From IMG/VR virus record IMGVR_UViG_3300023371_000084: DNA of 64,000 bases; one strand, written 5' to 3'. Positions 25,592 to 38,699 of this stretch are shown one piece after another; the stretch's first letter is position 1; every line of letters begins with the position of its first letter. The DNA is from an uncultured virus (IMG/VR IMGVR_UViG_3300023371_000084) (Duplodnaviria; Heunggongvirae; Uroviricota; Caudoviricetes). The position numbers were made by a program, and so were the translations under genes. The notes under the pieces were generated by a model. It worked only from the letters and a program-made list of their open reading frames with translations, was not told the origin of the DNA and searched no databases.

Positions 25592-28500
25592 GGTGTTTCC
25601 TCCTCACAGCCTTGTAACTCGTTGACTATGGTTAGAGTATAACTCCAGACGCTTTATTTGTCAATACTTTTTCTGATTTATTTTTAAAAGGATTTTTAAA
25701 GCCCGCGATGATGCGGGCATAATGGCTTATTCAAAATCGGCAAGGAACTTCTTGCACTGCCTGACCGTGCGGTAGGCGGCGGCATGCTCCGTAGAATCGT
25801 CAAGCTGCTCTGTTGCCATTTCCAGTATGTCCTTGACATCTGCGACGACACAGGGCAGTTTATCAAGCTCTGCGTCCATCTCCTGCTGAGAAGCGTACTT
25901 GCCACCCTCCTGCGTATAATCCTGAATCGACCTGTAATAAGCGTACTCCTTGATCGCGTATGCACGCCTCAGATAGCCCCACCTTGCCATGCTGCTTAAC
26001 CTCCCTCAAACAAGAACGCCCAATACGGGAAACCATTGGATGCATTGCAGCCCTGCAAGATCGCCATCAGCTTGACGGGCTTGCCCAAATAAAGGCACAG
26101 GAAGCGTTCAACATCCTCCGGTTTGCGATTTGCAAAGGACTGTGCATGATTGCCCCAAACCTTTTGACAAGCCTCATCAAAGCCGTCCCGGTTCCAACTG
26201 AGCATCCTGTCAGAATACATACCATGCACTCTAAGCTCGTTAAAGCCTTTGGCCTTATACAGCACGTACTCATCATAGGAATACGGGTAATCAATCGGGT
26301 TTCTCTTGACGGGCATACCGTACAGATCGAGATACTTCTTTGCAGCATACTCCTGATCATGACAAATCCACTTGCCAAGATACTGGCTTTTCCACATATC
26401 CACAGCGTTTATCCTCCGCTTGCCACTTCTCTGCTCAGACGGTTAATGAACCTCGTCAAAGCGCCGATCTGCTGCGGCGTATACTCATAGTCCTCAATTA
26501 CAACGCCTCGCTCGTCGATCATACGAATCCAGTTCCCGTCGGGCGATGCAACGTGCTTCGCTTCTTCAAGCAATTCGGCCTTGCTCATCGCGTCCGGGTC
26601 TTGCTCGGTGGAATCAAGATAATCCCACAGGATATCGGGTATCTTCATCGTTCATACTCCTTTTATGTGGTTATTCGTCAAACTGCTCCACCAGCATGGC
26701 AAGCGCTTTTGAAATGGAAAAGGCATGGCCTACATTCTCTTTATTGATATAAAGAACGTAGCATACACTTTCGCTCTTCACGTCGCAGAGTTCATGCACT
26801 TCCCATTCGTGCCTGTATTGCCCAATAATTCCGCTGGCAACCACTGTATGCCTGATCTTTTCCATTTGCGTCATGCCTTTCTATCAATAGTCGGTTCCGG
26901 TTTCGATCTTGTACAGCGTCTTCGTGGCCTCGATCTTGGGGCAAAGCTCATCACGCTTGGCCTCGATATACTCCTCCATACCGGGCTTTCCGGCCATGCG
27001 CGTTTCCCAGCTTTCAAGCTCCGCCTCCATCTGACGGATCGCGCGGGAAAGGATTTCGGTATAGGTGATCATGGGTTCCTGCTTCTTCTGCTTTGCCATT
27101 TTCATTTCCTCCATGATTTCTATTTACTTACAGTAACGATTAAAGAACCGGGTAAACGCCCCACGCTCGGAAGCGGAAGCGAATTCAAAGCGTCCGCTGT
27201 CGTACCTCGTATCATTGAGATACCTTGCTGCGGCCAGCACGCTTTGATCGTCCCTCGGAATGCAGGCGCTTTCCAGATAATCGCCGATGATCGGCGTTCG
27301 GATAGCCTTGCTATATAGCGTAGAATTCATGTCGGCTCCCTCCATCTTACCATACTTGAGAATTGGCGTCTAGTTCAAAGATCAACTTTAGTATCTCTCT
27401 GACTAAGGTTAGTATAACTCCAGACGGCACATTTGTCAATACCTTTTCTGCATTATTTTTAAATTTCTTTGAACTTATTTCCCGGTGATCTCAACGACAT
27501 GCTCCGCATGCACCTTATACTCTTTGTTATCAGCAGTGAAAAAGGCATAGCCATCCGTGAAGGTGATGTCGTTTTCGATTTCCAGACTGACATAACCAAG
27601 GCCGTCCCTGATGGTGATGATCATGATTTATCCTCGCTTTATTGTTATTATTTCATATCAATTTCCACGGGCGGAAGCTCCGGCATAGCCTCTTCGCCCG
27701 CCTCGACAAGCTTATGCGCCGCATAATGGCTCGCCCTGCTCTGGAAGAAGCTCTCAATCTCGCCCTTACCCTCGCGGACAGTCTTTTCCATCTGCTCATG
27801 AAACTGCGACACCTGAAAATCCTGATTGGTGCCGATATCGGCACTGATGGAATTAAGCGCACACAGGATCTCATGCTGCTCTGCCTTATTAAAGGACTTT
27901 TTACCCGCGAAAAGCTCCCGCACGCGCCCAATAAGCGCCTGCGTATTGGCGTAGGTCTTCTTCAGGCTCTCGCGGAACTCGTCAAGATGCACGCTCGCCT
28001 TATCTACGAACGGGCATTCCGGGATGCGTCCTTCACCCTTGAAATAGGTGAGCGTGACCGGGATACCGTCTCCGACGTTCATAGAGGTCATGATCTCGGC
28101 GAACTGCGAATACGACATCTCCACTTCGATCAAACGCTCATTACCATAATACCAGTCCTGATTGAGCCTGCGGCGCACATGTCCGCGCTTAATGGTGAGC
28201 TTGATGGTATCGCGGTGCTTGATGGACGAACCAAACAGCGGCATGCCGACGTTTGACGACATCTTACTGACACTCATCATCGCATACGACGGGTGATCCT
28301 CGCGCTCGCCAAGCACATCCCTGCAACGATCTTCCATGGTGTTTCCTCCTGTCTGCAATCCTTATTTACTTGCAACAACCACAGTGCATTCGCGGTTATT
28401 CCGGTTCCCTGTATAAAAATGATCTACCTTCAGGCCAAGAATGACGCGATTTGACATCACGTTTCTTGCTTCTCCTTCTGCAAATACATTAAAGCTTTCA

Positions 28501-31500
28501 TCCTCAACGCTGATATATTCATCATTATGTGCCATTCTGACAAGCTGTCTCACAAACATAAACAACCTCCGTATTATTAAGCTGGATTGATGCCAAGCAC
28601 CTTTTCACAAGCTGCATACAGATCATCCGTCGTGACATTGAACCCGGCATGCCAAGAACCTGCGCTTGCCGTGTCGATGATCTGCGCAACATGCGCAAAC
28701 GTCACATCCTCCGGCGCAACGGCAAAAGGATAAACAGCGGACGTTTCGGATTCAAAGATCAGAAAATCCTTGACATCCTTCTGCCCCTTGCTCAGAAGCA
28801 GATCGTTTGTATCAAACAGGCCATGCTTCACCATGATTTCAGCCCCCCCCTTTTTACAACCTTTCAGATTATCCGCCTGAACGGGCGTTGTGACGATAAT
28901 ACGTTTATCGTATTCATACATCCCCGCTTTTATCAGCTCATGCACTTCTTCCTTGGAAATGACCGTTTGATTAAAGAGTATGCAAACTTCTTTTTCCGTT
29001 CCTTTTACAAGTTCGCCATCGGAATTACACATGCCGGATATAAAATCAATTCTCATTACATCATTCATTGCGATTCCCTCATCTCGTAACCATGATTGGC
29101 GCATGCACAACTGACATACGCTTCATAGAGCTGCTGCGCCGTCTTATCGCCGCTTTTCCCTCGCTCAAGGAACTGCGCATGCGTCATGACGTTGTAATAG
29201 TATTCAAGCTGCCTGCTATACGGCAGATTCAGGAAATGAACGTGGAATGCCTCGGCCTGATGCCTCGCATGCTGGTGAATCCGGGCAATACTTTCATCGG
29301 AAAGACCGTGATTCTTAAAGAGACGCACGCCGCCGAACTCGCTGATATGCGCGACGGTCTTATAGTTGCCACCCTCATTCCGGCTTCTATCCCATACCGT
29401 GATTCCGTTGCCAAGGCAACCAAACATCAGATCGTTCTTCATTCTGTATCCCTCCATCTACCATTGCATGTCATTGACTATGGTTGTATTATAACTCCAG
29501 CGTATGCATATGTCAATAGTTTTTCTGTATTATTTTTCAAAGATGAAGATTATTCAGTGCATTTTCAAAATGCTCGCTCGTCACGTAGGCGACAATATCC
29601 TTTTCGTGCCGCGCGATCCTCTTTTCCAGCAGCTCGCGCTGCTCCGGGTGCTTTTCCAGCAGGGCTTTATCCGTCTTATAGCGGTAAACATAGTTCTTGA
29701 GCCTCGGCGCGGGCATGTGTCTGACCATGTTATTCCTCCGTTACACTTCGATCATCTGTTTTAAAAGCTCTTCAACCGTCGTATGCCATTCCTGCGCATA
29801 CTCCTCCAGCGCATCATGACAGATATACGCATCCTCTTCCTCGACGATGCCCCACAGATCCCAATACTGCTGCATGATGAAATATCGACGATGATCTTCA
29901 ACAAACATTCTCTTTAACCTCCCGCAACCTCATTGAGCACGTGCGAACATCCAAACAGAGCTTTTCTCGCTCCGATGATAATCAAATCCTCATCCGTATA
30001 CGGAAAGGTATTCACAGACGTTTTCACATGTGTTTCAAACTTTCGTCTTGATATCGCCGGGGAATTTTCATACGCGATAACCCGTCCCGTACCCACTTCA
30101 ACGATACCATGATGCTTATTTGTATCAAAGCCAATCCACATGGTTTTACCTCCACACCTTGATTTCCTGACCGCCTTTGACGACGATATAGCGGCTATCG
30201 CCCAGCCATACAATCGCTGACGGCGACACGTCGTACTTCTTTGCAAGCTCAAGCTTTTCCCGCTTTGCTCTTTCTATCGCCAGTTCTGCACAAGGCTTCA
30301 TCTTCTTCACTCCTTTTTCAGATTCCAAAGGATTGTCAGTTTTCCAAGATCATTGTTTTCATACACAGGAACATCAGATTTCATGATGATCCCGGTGTTT
30401 GTATTATCCAGACCATAGCTCACTTCATAGCCATGTTCTTTCAGAACTCTATGAAAAGCATTGGATGCTGCGGACAGTGCATGCACAAGCTCGTTTCGTT
30501 CGTTACTACTCATTTTGTCGCCCTCCTTATTCATACTTTTCTTCATCCTGCCAGAAGAATTCAGACACTCTGCTGCGGCCAACCAGCGCCTCAAGGCGGT
30601 CAAGTGCGTGCTGGTAATCCGTGGCCGGGATCTTGATTTCGGTCAGTTCCGGCTCTTTGATGTTATAAATCGGATTGAGGTTAGCGCCGAACGTGTAGAG
30701 CTTCAAATCTTTTCTGCTCACTTCGATCATCCTGTTTCCCTCTGCCTTGATCATGGTTTCTTCCTCCTCATCTCCACACGATTCGATGCGGTACAAACGT
30801 GACTTTGATGCCAGACTTCATCGGCATATCCGGCTCGCCCTCGTCTGTGACGGTGTACAATTCCGGCTTCCACCCGCTCATCGGCGATATATCTGCCCAT
30901 ATTCTGCCGTTTTCATCCTTGTAAAGCGGACGGCTCCAAGCGTCCACATCCATAAAGGTCAAGGTCTTTTCCTTGATGGTTTCCATGATCGTCGCCTCCT
31001 TACAGGTGATGGTTGTATTTGAATCGGCTATTGTTTCCGGCCAGCTTGATCTCGGTGACTTCAAACACGCTGCCGTCTCGCTCGCAGTGCTCCGTCCATC
31101 CGGTGCCGCCGTAGGTCTTGATCAGGTTCTTGACGTGCGTGATAGACAGCCCGCCAAGCGTATCATCCACACGATCAACCAGCGGCCTACGGTCATCCGG
31201 GATATGGTCAACGCAAATCTCTCTACCAGTCTTCAGGATCACCGCGCAGCCCTCGGCCAATTTGGTTTCTTCCGGCGTATTCTCCGGGAATCTGTAATAA
31301 TGAAGTCTCATCGTGTTTTCCTCCCTTATCGCTTTACTCTTTCGACCGTCGCCTTGCCAAGCTTGCCGTTTTCGTTAATCTGCGCTGCGATGTTGTCCGC
31401 TTCCTTCTTCGTGTCGTGCCTGCTATGCACATACTTATGACAACCGTTGGTTCCTTCGATCATTCTAGGGGAGATATCAACCACGACTTTCCACTTCATC

Positions 31501-34344
31501 GTTCCGTCCTCCTGTTTCGTTTTACCGTTGCTGTTCCTTGACTACGGTTAGATTATAACTCCAGTTCAATCTTGCGTCAATACTTTTTCGGTATTATTTT
31601 TAAGAAATTTTCAAAGAAAAAATCCGACCATTTCAGGCCGGATCACCAATACCATTTTTCTGTACTTCTAAAAACTTCAATGCCGTCTGTATATCCCATT
31701 TCGGCCAGCAACTTGCACATCAGCGCGTCCATGCGCTCATGCTTATCGTCATTTGAAAGATCCTCGTCTGCACGAATCTGCTGCATCTGCTCATAGAATT
31801 CCTTTGGTGTCATGATAGGGCGCTCACTTTCCTCTGTAATTGCGGATGATCCACTGCTGTTCCTTCTGTGGCTTTCCGATACAGCGGCGGTGCAGCTCGT
31901 CCAAATCTTCCCTTGTAAACGGCTTTTTGCGATAGCCCCGGAAGTCATAGGTATCATTGACAGGAACCTTTGCGCCGCACCAATTGCCGAACTTATACAG
32001 CACAACACAAAGCGCGGACAGAACCGCCATAGTTACAAGGTCTCCCATGATCATCCCTCCATGGTTAAAATGTGCGTTTTATCGTCGTTTTCCGGCCTCT
32101 ACAAGCCCATTATAGCGGGTTTTGAGCGTTTGTCAATATCGCGGCAGGCAGGAAAGCAGCTCGCCGTCATCGTCCAGACAAAGCCACATACAGCCGCACT
32201 CATGCGCCAGCTTCATGCACATAAGCAGATCGTCGGGGATACCCTCGTTTTCCTCATTATACATGCACGCGCAGGAGATGAGAAAACCATACTCGCCCTT
32301 TGCGTAGACGGCCATGGGCAGGACAACGCCAAACTCCGCGCTTGCCTCCCTTGCAAGCTTCTGCCACGTTTCATCGGACACGTGTCCATTGGAGATCGTC
32401 AGCATCTTTGTGATTTCCATTTGCTCATCCTCCCGCTTATGCGTACTTCGTGCGCTCGACTTCGGTCACTTCAAGGCCGCGATCCTCATCCACCAGCTCG
32501 CTTTTGAAAAGCGCTGCCACACGCTCCTGAGCATCCAAATAATTCGCGGCCAGCAGCTCGACGGTGACGCTTGCATACTGTGCGGGAACCTCCGACAAGA
32601 CCAGCAGGCGCACCCGGAAACGGCGCAGGCGCGTCGGCCTGCCATCCACTTTGATCATGCGCACGGAAAACCCTCCTGCTGCTCGTCAAACAATTCATCA
32701 TCAAAAGCATGAATCTCTTTGCCGTCCGGCATGCGGACTTCGTACATGCTGCCGACTTCCTCCTCGTCACACTCGCTTGCAGTCAACTTCCTGAGAATTT
32801 CCACCTTCAGGCCGTTGTGCTTGCGCAGCTCGCTATCATGCGTATAGAAGTATTTCATCGTCATCCCTCCGTCAAATCAGACCAAAGCGCCAGCGGCCAC
32901 GGCGCTGCTCGACCATCGTGCTATCCAGCACGGCGTTTTTCTTCGCGTTGAATACGGTTCCATCATCCCGAATCCGGTATGAATCCGAATAGTAAAACTC
33001 ATTGATCATCGTTTCCAGCGCTTCACGGGTTCCGGCGCTGCAGATGAGCTGCCTGATTTTCTTTCTTTCCATCCGTCACCCCTCCTCATAATTGATGATG
33101 ATGTCGGTGGGTTCATCCTCTCCCGGCCTATATGTGACAGTCTGAATCCGCTGCATAAGCTGTTCGTATTCCACGCAGCAGATCATATTATCATCATTGC
33201 GTAACTGCGGATTGATCAAATCCACAAAGATGCCGGGATAGTCAGGATCGGCTTTTTCATACACATGCAGCTTTCCGATGGGCGTATCAATGTAAAACTC
33301 CTTTTTGTTTTCCATATCAAGCGGCCTCCTCAATCCGGTCAATCTTTGCTTTCAGGTTCCACTGTTTGATATACAGGCGACCTTCCGCCCGCGCCTGCGT
33401 CTTATTGGCGCAGCGCACCTTGACGGGATCGTCCGGTGCATCCGTGAAATAGACGTTATACAGCTTTTCCATTCTGCGGCTCCTTTCTGTACACCTTATA
33501 GCGGATTTCTACGTCTCCGCGCACGGCATGATCAAGCACTCTTCCGCTACACAGATCGTATCTTTTACCATTAATCGCCCCGGTTCCATACACCCACATC
33601 CACGGGCAATCACTTTCCATAGCAAACTGTTTAGCTTGCCAGAATCCGCCGTTATACTCATCCGCACGCTCTGCTAAGATCCGTTTGATACCATCCAGCA
33701 CAGCCTGCTCCTGCGGCGTTACGTCACGGTATCCGGCGCTGTAAATGACAAGCTCGTCTCCGGTGTACTCGGTCAGCTTCGCGTTATCCAATCGCAGCTC
33801 GCTTTCCTCGCCGGACATGTTGCGCAGGAAGATGCCGACAGAATTGCTTCGCGTGACCGGGCGCTTTCCACGCAGACGTTCCGGGATCTGCTCGCCCGTG
33901 TCGCCAAAGCGTTCCATGATTTCAAGAACCAAGCAGCCGGAATTTGCATCCCGCTTGAGCTGCGCCAGCGTCATCCGCTTTTCCATTGGATCATCCTCCC
34001 TGTTATTTTCGTGCTGCCGCAAACGCCGCTTTATTTTTCGGACATTTGGATACATCAAAGTCGATGACGACGCTTACATATCCTGCGTGCGCTTCCACTT
34101 CCAGAACTTCCGATTCCGCAAGATCCTCATCCGGCACATCACAGTCTATTTCCGTTCCATCCGAATCGTACAGCCCAATGATGCCTGCGCCCCGGTATTC
34201 TTCCGATTCCATGAATTCAGCATATGTCATCTTCTTTTCCATTGGATCGCCCTCCGTTACTATTGTATGTCTCTGACTATGGTTAGATTATAACTCCAGA
34301 CATCCCATTTGTCAATACTTATTCTGTATTATTTTTAAAGAGTT

Positions 34345-34524
34345 TTACAGTTCCGTTCCGCGCTTCCTGCATGTGAATTCAGTTTCCACGACCACATCTT
34401 TTTCCATGTCGATCTTTCCGTTATCATACATCACTTCAGCTTTGGCGCAAGCGGCCTGCTCATCCTCCGCCTCAACGCGCACGATCTTGCGCACGGACTC
34501 GCAAACCTCAATGAGAAATTCCAT
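34345..34524 (-). CDS. DpnD/PcfM-like small protein
   Basis: MEFLIEVCESVRKIVRVEAEDEQAACAKAEVMY pattern; below the ORF-track cutoff. Confidence 0.5.
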   Translation of the reverse strand: MEFLIEVCESVRKIVRVEAEDEQAACAKAEVMYDNGKIDMEKDVVVETEFTCRKRGTEL

Positions 34525-37500
34525 CTTTAAGCCTCCGGCTTTCCGCTTGTGATATAGTCGCGCGTCTCCTCATACTCCACGATAAACGCCGCTTTTTCCA
34601 TGCCCTGCGTCCACTTGAGCACATCCGCGCTGACCTTTGCAATCCGGCTCTTTCCATCCCGGAAGAACCGCGCCCAACATTCCACCCAAACCGTCAGACG
34701 GAAATCGTTCTTTGTAACCGTCAGTTCCGGCGTTCCGATCAGCTCATCAAACATGATATGACCGCCAAGGTTTCCGCGCACAACTCCTTCAATGGTATCC
34801 ACGTCGATCCAATCGCTTTCCGCCGCAAGCTCATTTGCCTGCTGCACTTCCGCCAGCGTAATGACACGCTCATCCAGCTTGATTTTCATGTGTTGTTCCT
34901 CCTCTTCCGTCTAACGGTCTATCACTTGATCATGAACCGGATAAACGTCTTGCAATCCGTTTCCGTTCCAAAGAACTTTGTCCATCCGCCATCCGGCAGG
35001 CGGATCGTGAAATATCCTTCCGGCTTCAGATCGTACTTCACGCCCTTATAAAGCTTTTCCACTTCCATTCCTCCGTTCCGCCATCAGTACACGATCAGCG
35101 CATGATAAACGCCCGTTCCATCCGCGCCCCACGTCGGCACGATATTTTCCAGCAGTCGGCCTGTAGGCATCCATGTATCCATGCAGAAGCTTTTTCCGGT
35201 CAGGCCGTTAGAAAGCACCACGGGGTTAAATCTGCGGATGAATTCGTTTTCCGTTTCCATCTCGATTGCTTCCGGCGCGTTTCCGTCGTATACGCGATTG
35301 ACGTTCCAGACGATCCCCGGCATAACTTCCGATGCAATGATCATGATTTTCCGCCTCCTAGTGTTGTATCTCCTTGACTAAGGTTATTATAACTCCAGCG
35401 GTTGTATTTGTCAATACTTTTTCCGCTTTATTTTTAAATTAATTATAACGCAGGGTTACAAACCATTCGTCGTTTTCCAGCCTGATTTCCATTATCGTCG
35501 AATTCTGAACACGAAACATCGTCATCGGATCGCAATAGTCATCGCTTGTAAAATGTTCCTCATGGTACACCCACGCCCAATAGCCTGTCAGGGTGTAATT
35601 GATTTTCCGTTCATCGTCGGGATCAAGTTGGCACCACTTTTTAAAGTTCATACCAACATAGCTTTTCCGCTTCTTCATGGTTCCGCCCTCCGTTCTGTTA
35701 ATCGTTCCGGCCATCGTTCCGCCTGCGTCAAGCCGCCTTGCAATCAAAGAAGCAATGGCGCAGGACTTTCCACGCAAAGCACGCGAATTCATCCCCGAAC
35801 AGCTCTTTGTCGATGAATTCAAAGAGGCCGGACGCGCCGCCACGCGCAAGCACTTTTGTGCGCTTCAAACTGAAAACGAATTCGCTGCAATCCTCCACGC
35901 GAACGGTTTTCACGACTCCGTTCCGGCTGACGGTTAAGTGTTCGTTATCGCCGGGATACACGGTAAACGTCCAGTCGGCAACCTTCTCAAATTCACGCGC
36001 CTGCATGTTATAGCGGCGTTCCTGATACCCTCTAGTCATTTCCCGTTATCCCCTTTTCTTTGAATTTGCCGCGCCCGTGCAGCGGATCACATGGGGTGCA
36101 GCTTCCTTGCCCGCTTCAACCTGTCTCTTTTCCGCCCGGTTGCCCGACTTTCATCTTCAGGCCGTTCGGCCTGCCTGCCCGGTTTAACGACGGTTACGTG
36201 CCGTCGGCGGCTTCCCGTGACGCTTGCAGCGTTTCGGCTGGAGGCCATCCAGCCATCATCAGACGGGATTTATTCGTAAATCGCTTCAATTTCCCCGGTT
36301 ACGTTGTTTGTAACCTCTACGGCCAGCACGTCGCTAAACTTTGCATAATCGGCGGCTGCTGCATGGGCAATTGTCGGTTCATGGTGCCTGACGAAAAGCG
36401 GCGGGTTTTTGGTGCTAACCGGGATAATGTGTAGCGTATACATTTGATTGCCTCCCTTGCTTCACTGTTTGATGTCCTTGACTATGGTTAGAGTATAACT
36501 CCAGCCCGCCGCCTTGTCAATAGTTTTTCTGCATTATTTTTCAGATTTTTAAAACGTCTGTTCCCATGCAAGAAGCTTGAAAGTCGCCACGCAGGAAACC
36601 GGGATCGCCAACAACCAAAGGATATCAGGCATAATATGTTACCTCCTCTTACTTGACAAGCTTCAAGATACATTCGACGGCTTCAACGGATGAAATTCGC
36701 CCGCGCTTGCAGTGCTCAAGAATGCGCCGGATCTCAACCTTATAGCCATCTGACAGCGCCGGATTCTTCAGGAATTCGCCTGCAAATTCGACGACGTACC
36801 GCTTGCAATTGCCCTTCATGCTGCGCCCTCCCTTCAACCGACAATCACGCCGCCATAGGATCGCGCGGGCGCTTCTGCCCACTGCGTTTCAATCCATGCG
36901 TCATTAATCGCCGCCGTCAGCTTTTGCAGCGTGGAGAACGTGCGACGGGCGCAGGGCTTGCCCAATTCAAGATCATTGAGCACAATAGACTTGCCCATGC
37001 CATGCGACACAAGCATATTGCTATTGATGCGGCTTTCGACGTAACGGGAAATATGCACTTCAGGCTGATGACGGCCAGTAGGCACCTGAAACGTCTGACC
37101 ATACGCATTTTTGCGCTGCTCGTATTCAGGCATGAACCAGATAACCGCGTGAAGCTGGGAACCGTCTGCCTGCTTGACGATGCGGATCACCTGCTTTTCG
37201 CCATGCGTCAGAAAATACTGCAGATCGAACATGAAGCCGTTCTTGCACGCTTCATTGTACTTGTTAAGCTGCGCCCTAGTAATGCTTGCCATATGATACA
37301 CTCCCATTTCTTAATCTAGCAGGATCGCGGGCTTTGAACCGCCGTCGGCTGCATTACACGTCGCCCGGTATGGGCGGCGCGTCATCTGCATTACAGGAAG
37401 TCGATAGAGGATTCGACCATCTTATACATGACGGACTCCTGATTAAGAACCGTCTTAATCTGCATGATGATCGGCTTGATCTGTTCGCGCGTAGCGCCTG

Positions 37501-38147
37501 CGCACTCAACACGCAGCGACGGTTCAACCACGACTTCACCGTTTTCGTGGCGGTAAACGCCCTGCGCCTCAAGGATCGTAGCGCACAGGCCAGCGCCGCA
37601 AAAGATGTTCGTGATAACCTTGTATGCGTCAAGCGTGCCGATCTCCTGACGCTTGCTATCCTTATCAAAGAGGCCAACGGTAATGATGTGTTCAGTCATG
37701 GTTTTTACTCCCTTCAAGCTTTAAGTGTTGGTGTTTCTTGACTACGGTTAGATTGTAACTCCAGCTTACGCCGTTGTCAATACTTTTTCTGATTTATTTT
37801 TGAAAAAGTTTTTTGCCGGGATTTTACCGTCCCGGCGCGGCTTGCTTTTCAGTCATCCCAGCGGATGCCGTTACGCTCAATGTAAATCATCAGCGCGTCA
37901 ATCATCGTCTTATTAAAGCTAGGATCTTGCTTTGCACGCAGCGTATATTTGCCGAGCATATGCAGCGGGTCTTTATGAAGAACCTTCACGTCGAATTCGA
38001 TGGACTCCAGACAAGCGTTAATGCCGAACATTTGAATACCTCCTGTTTTGACGTTTACCGTTTGTTGTCGTTGACTATGGTTGTATTATAGCTCCAGCAT
38101 TAACGCACGTCAATAGTTTTTCTGCATTTTCTTTCAAAGAATTTTCA

Positions 38148-38273
38148 TTCATTTGTCGCCCTGCTGCCCTGCCTGCGAGGATGGCCGGAAGTGCTGCCGT
38201 TGTCGCTCAACCCGGCCAGCGCCCGCCCTGCTGCCCTGCCTGCGAGGATGGCCGGATATCAGCGACAAATGAA
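38148..38273. repeat. two 33-bp direct repeats inside a 12-bp inverted repeat
   Basis: DR 38157-38189 and 38224-38256; IR TTCATTTGTCGC/GCGACAAATGAA. Confidence 0.85.
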
Positions 38274-38699
38274 AAGAGGCGCTTCTTTTGCGCCCCTTGT
38301 CAATCATTTTTCTGCATTGGTTATTAAGAGAAATAGATAGTATATTCGTTGCGCGTCGTGCTTTCGTTACCTTCATAGACGCAATACACAAACAAACTGT
38401 TTTCAACCTCTTCACCGTTGAACATGTACGACTGAGTGCAAGACCATGCGCCCGCGCCATTGTCGCGGCGATTCGTTAACATGCCGACTTCAATACCAGC
38501 CTCATAAAGTTCGCGCCACATATCGCGGATCTCAGACGGTTCATGCCAGCCGGAATAACGGGAAACGATGTGATTGATTCGGTTCAAATCACGCTTGCTA
38601 ATCTTCATAACGTTGACCCCTTTTCATATCAATAACTGTTTGGTTGCATTGACTATGGTTAGATGATATCATATCTGTTTGCGCTTGTCAATACTTTTT

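Larger units (their letters stand above)
25727..38608 (-). other. array of many small hypothetical genes (early/accessory region)
   Basis: Densely packed minus-strand ORFs of about 55-240 aa, mostly with GGAGG RBS, e.g. 25996-26403, 27648-28358, 29065-29457, 33456-34058, 34527-34889, 36834-37307, 37391-37717, 38324-38608. Confidence 0.8.
14359..38691 (-). repeat. dispersed promoter/operator element, 13 minus-strand copies
   Basis: Copies at 14359-14399, 18210-18250, 22041-22081, 25622-25664, 27399-27439, 29474-29516, 31538-31580, 34273-34315, 35374-35414, 36478-36520, 37738-37780, 38071-38113, 38649-38691; minus consensus AAAAAGTA-TTGAC(A)-N10-CTGGAGT-(-10)-N0/2-AACCNTAGTCAA. Confidence 0.92.
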
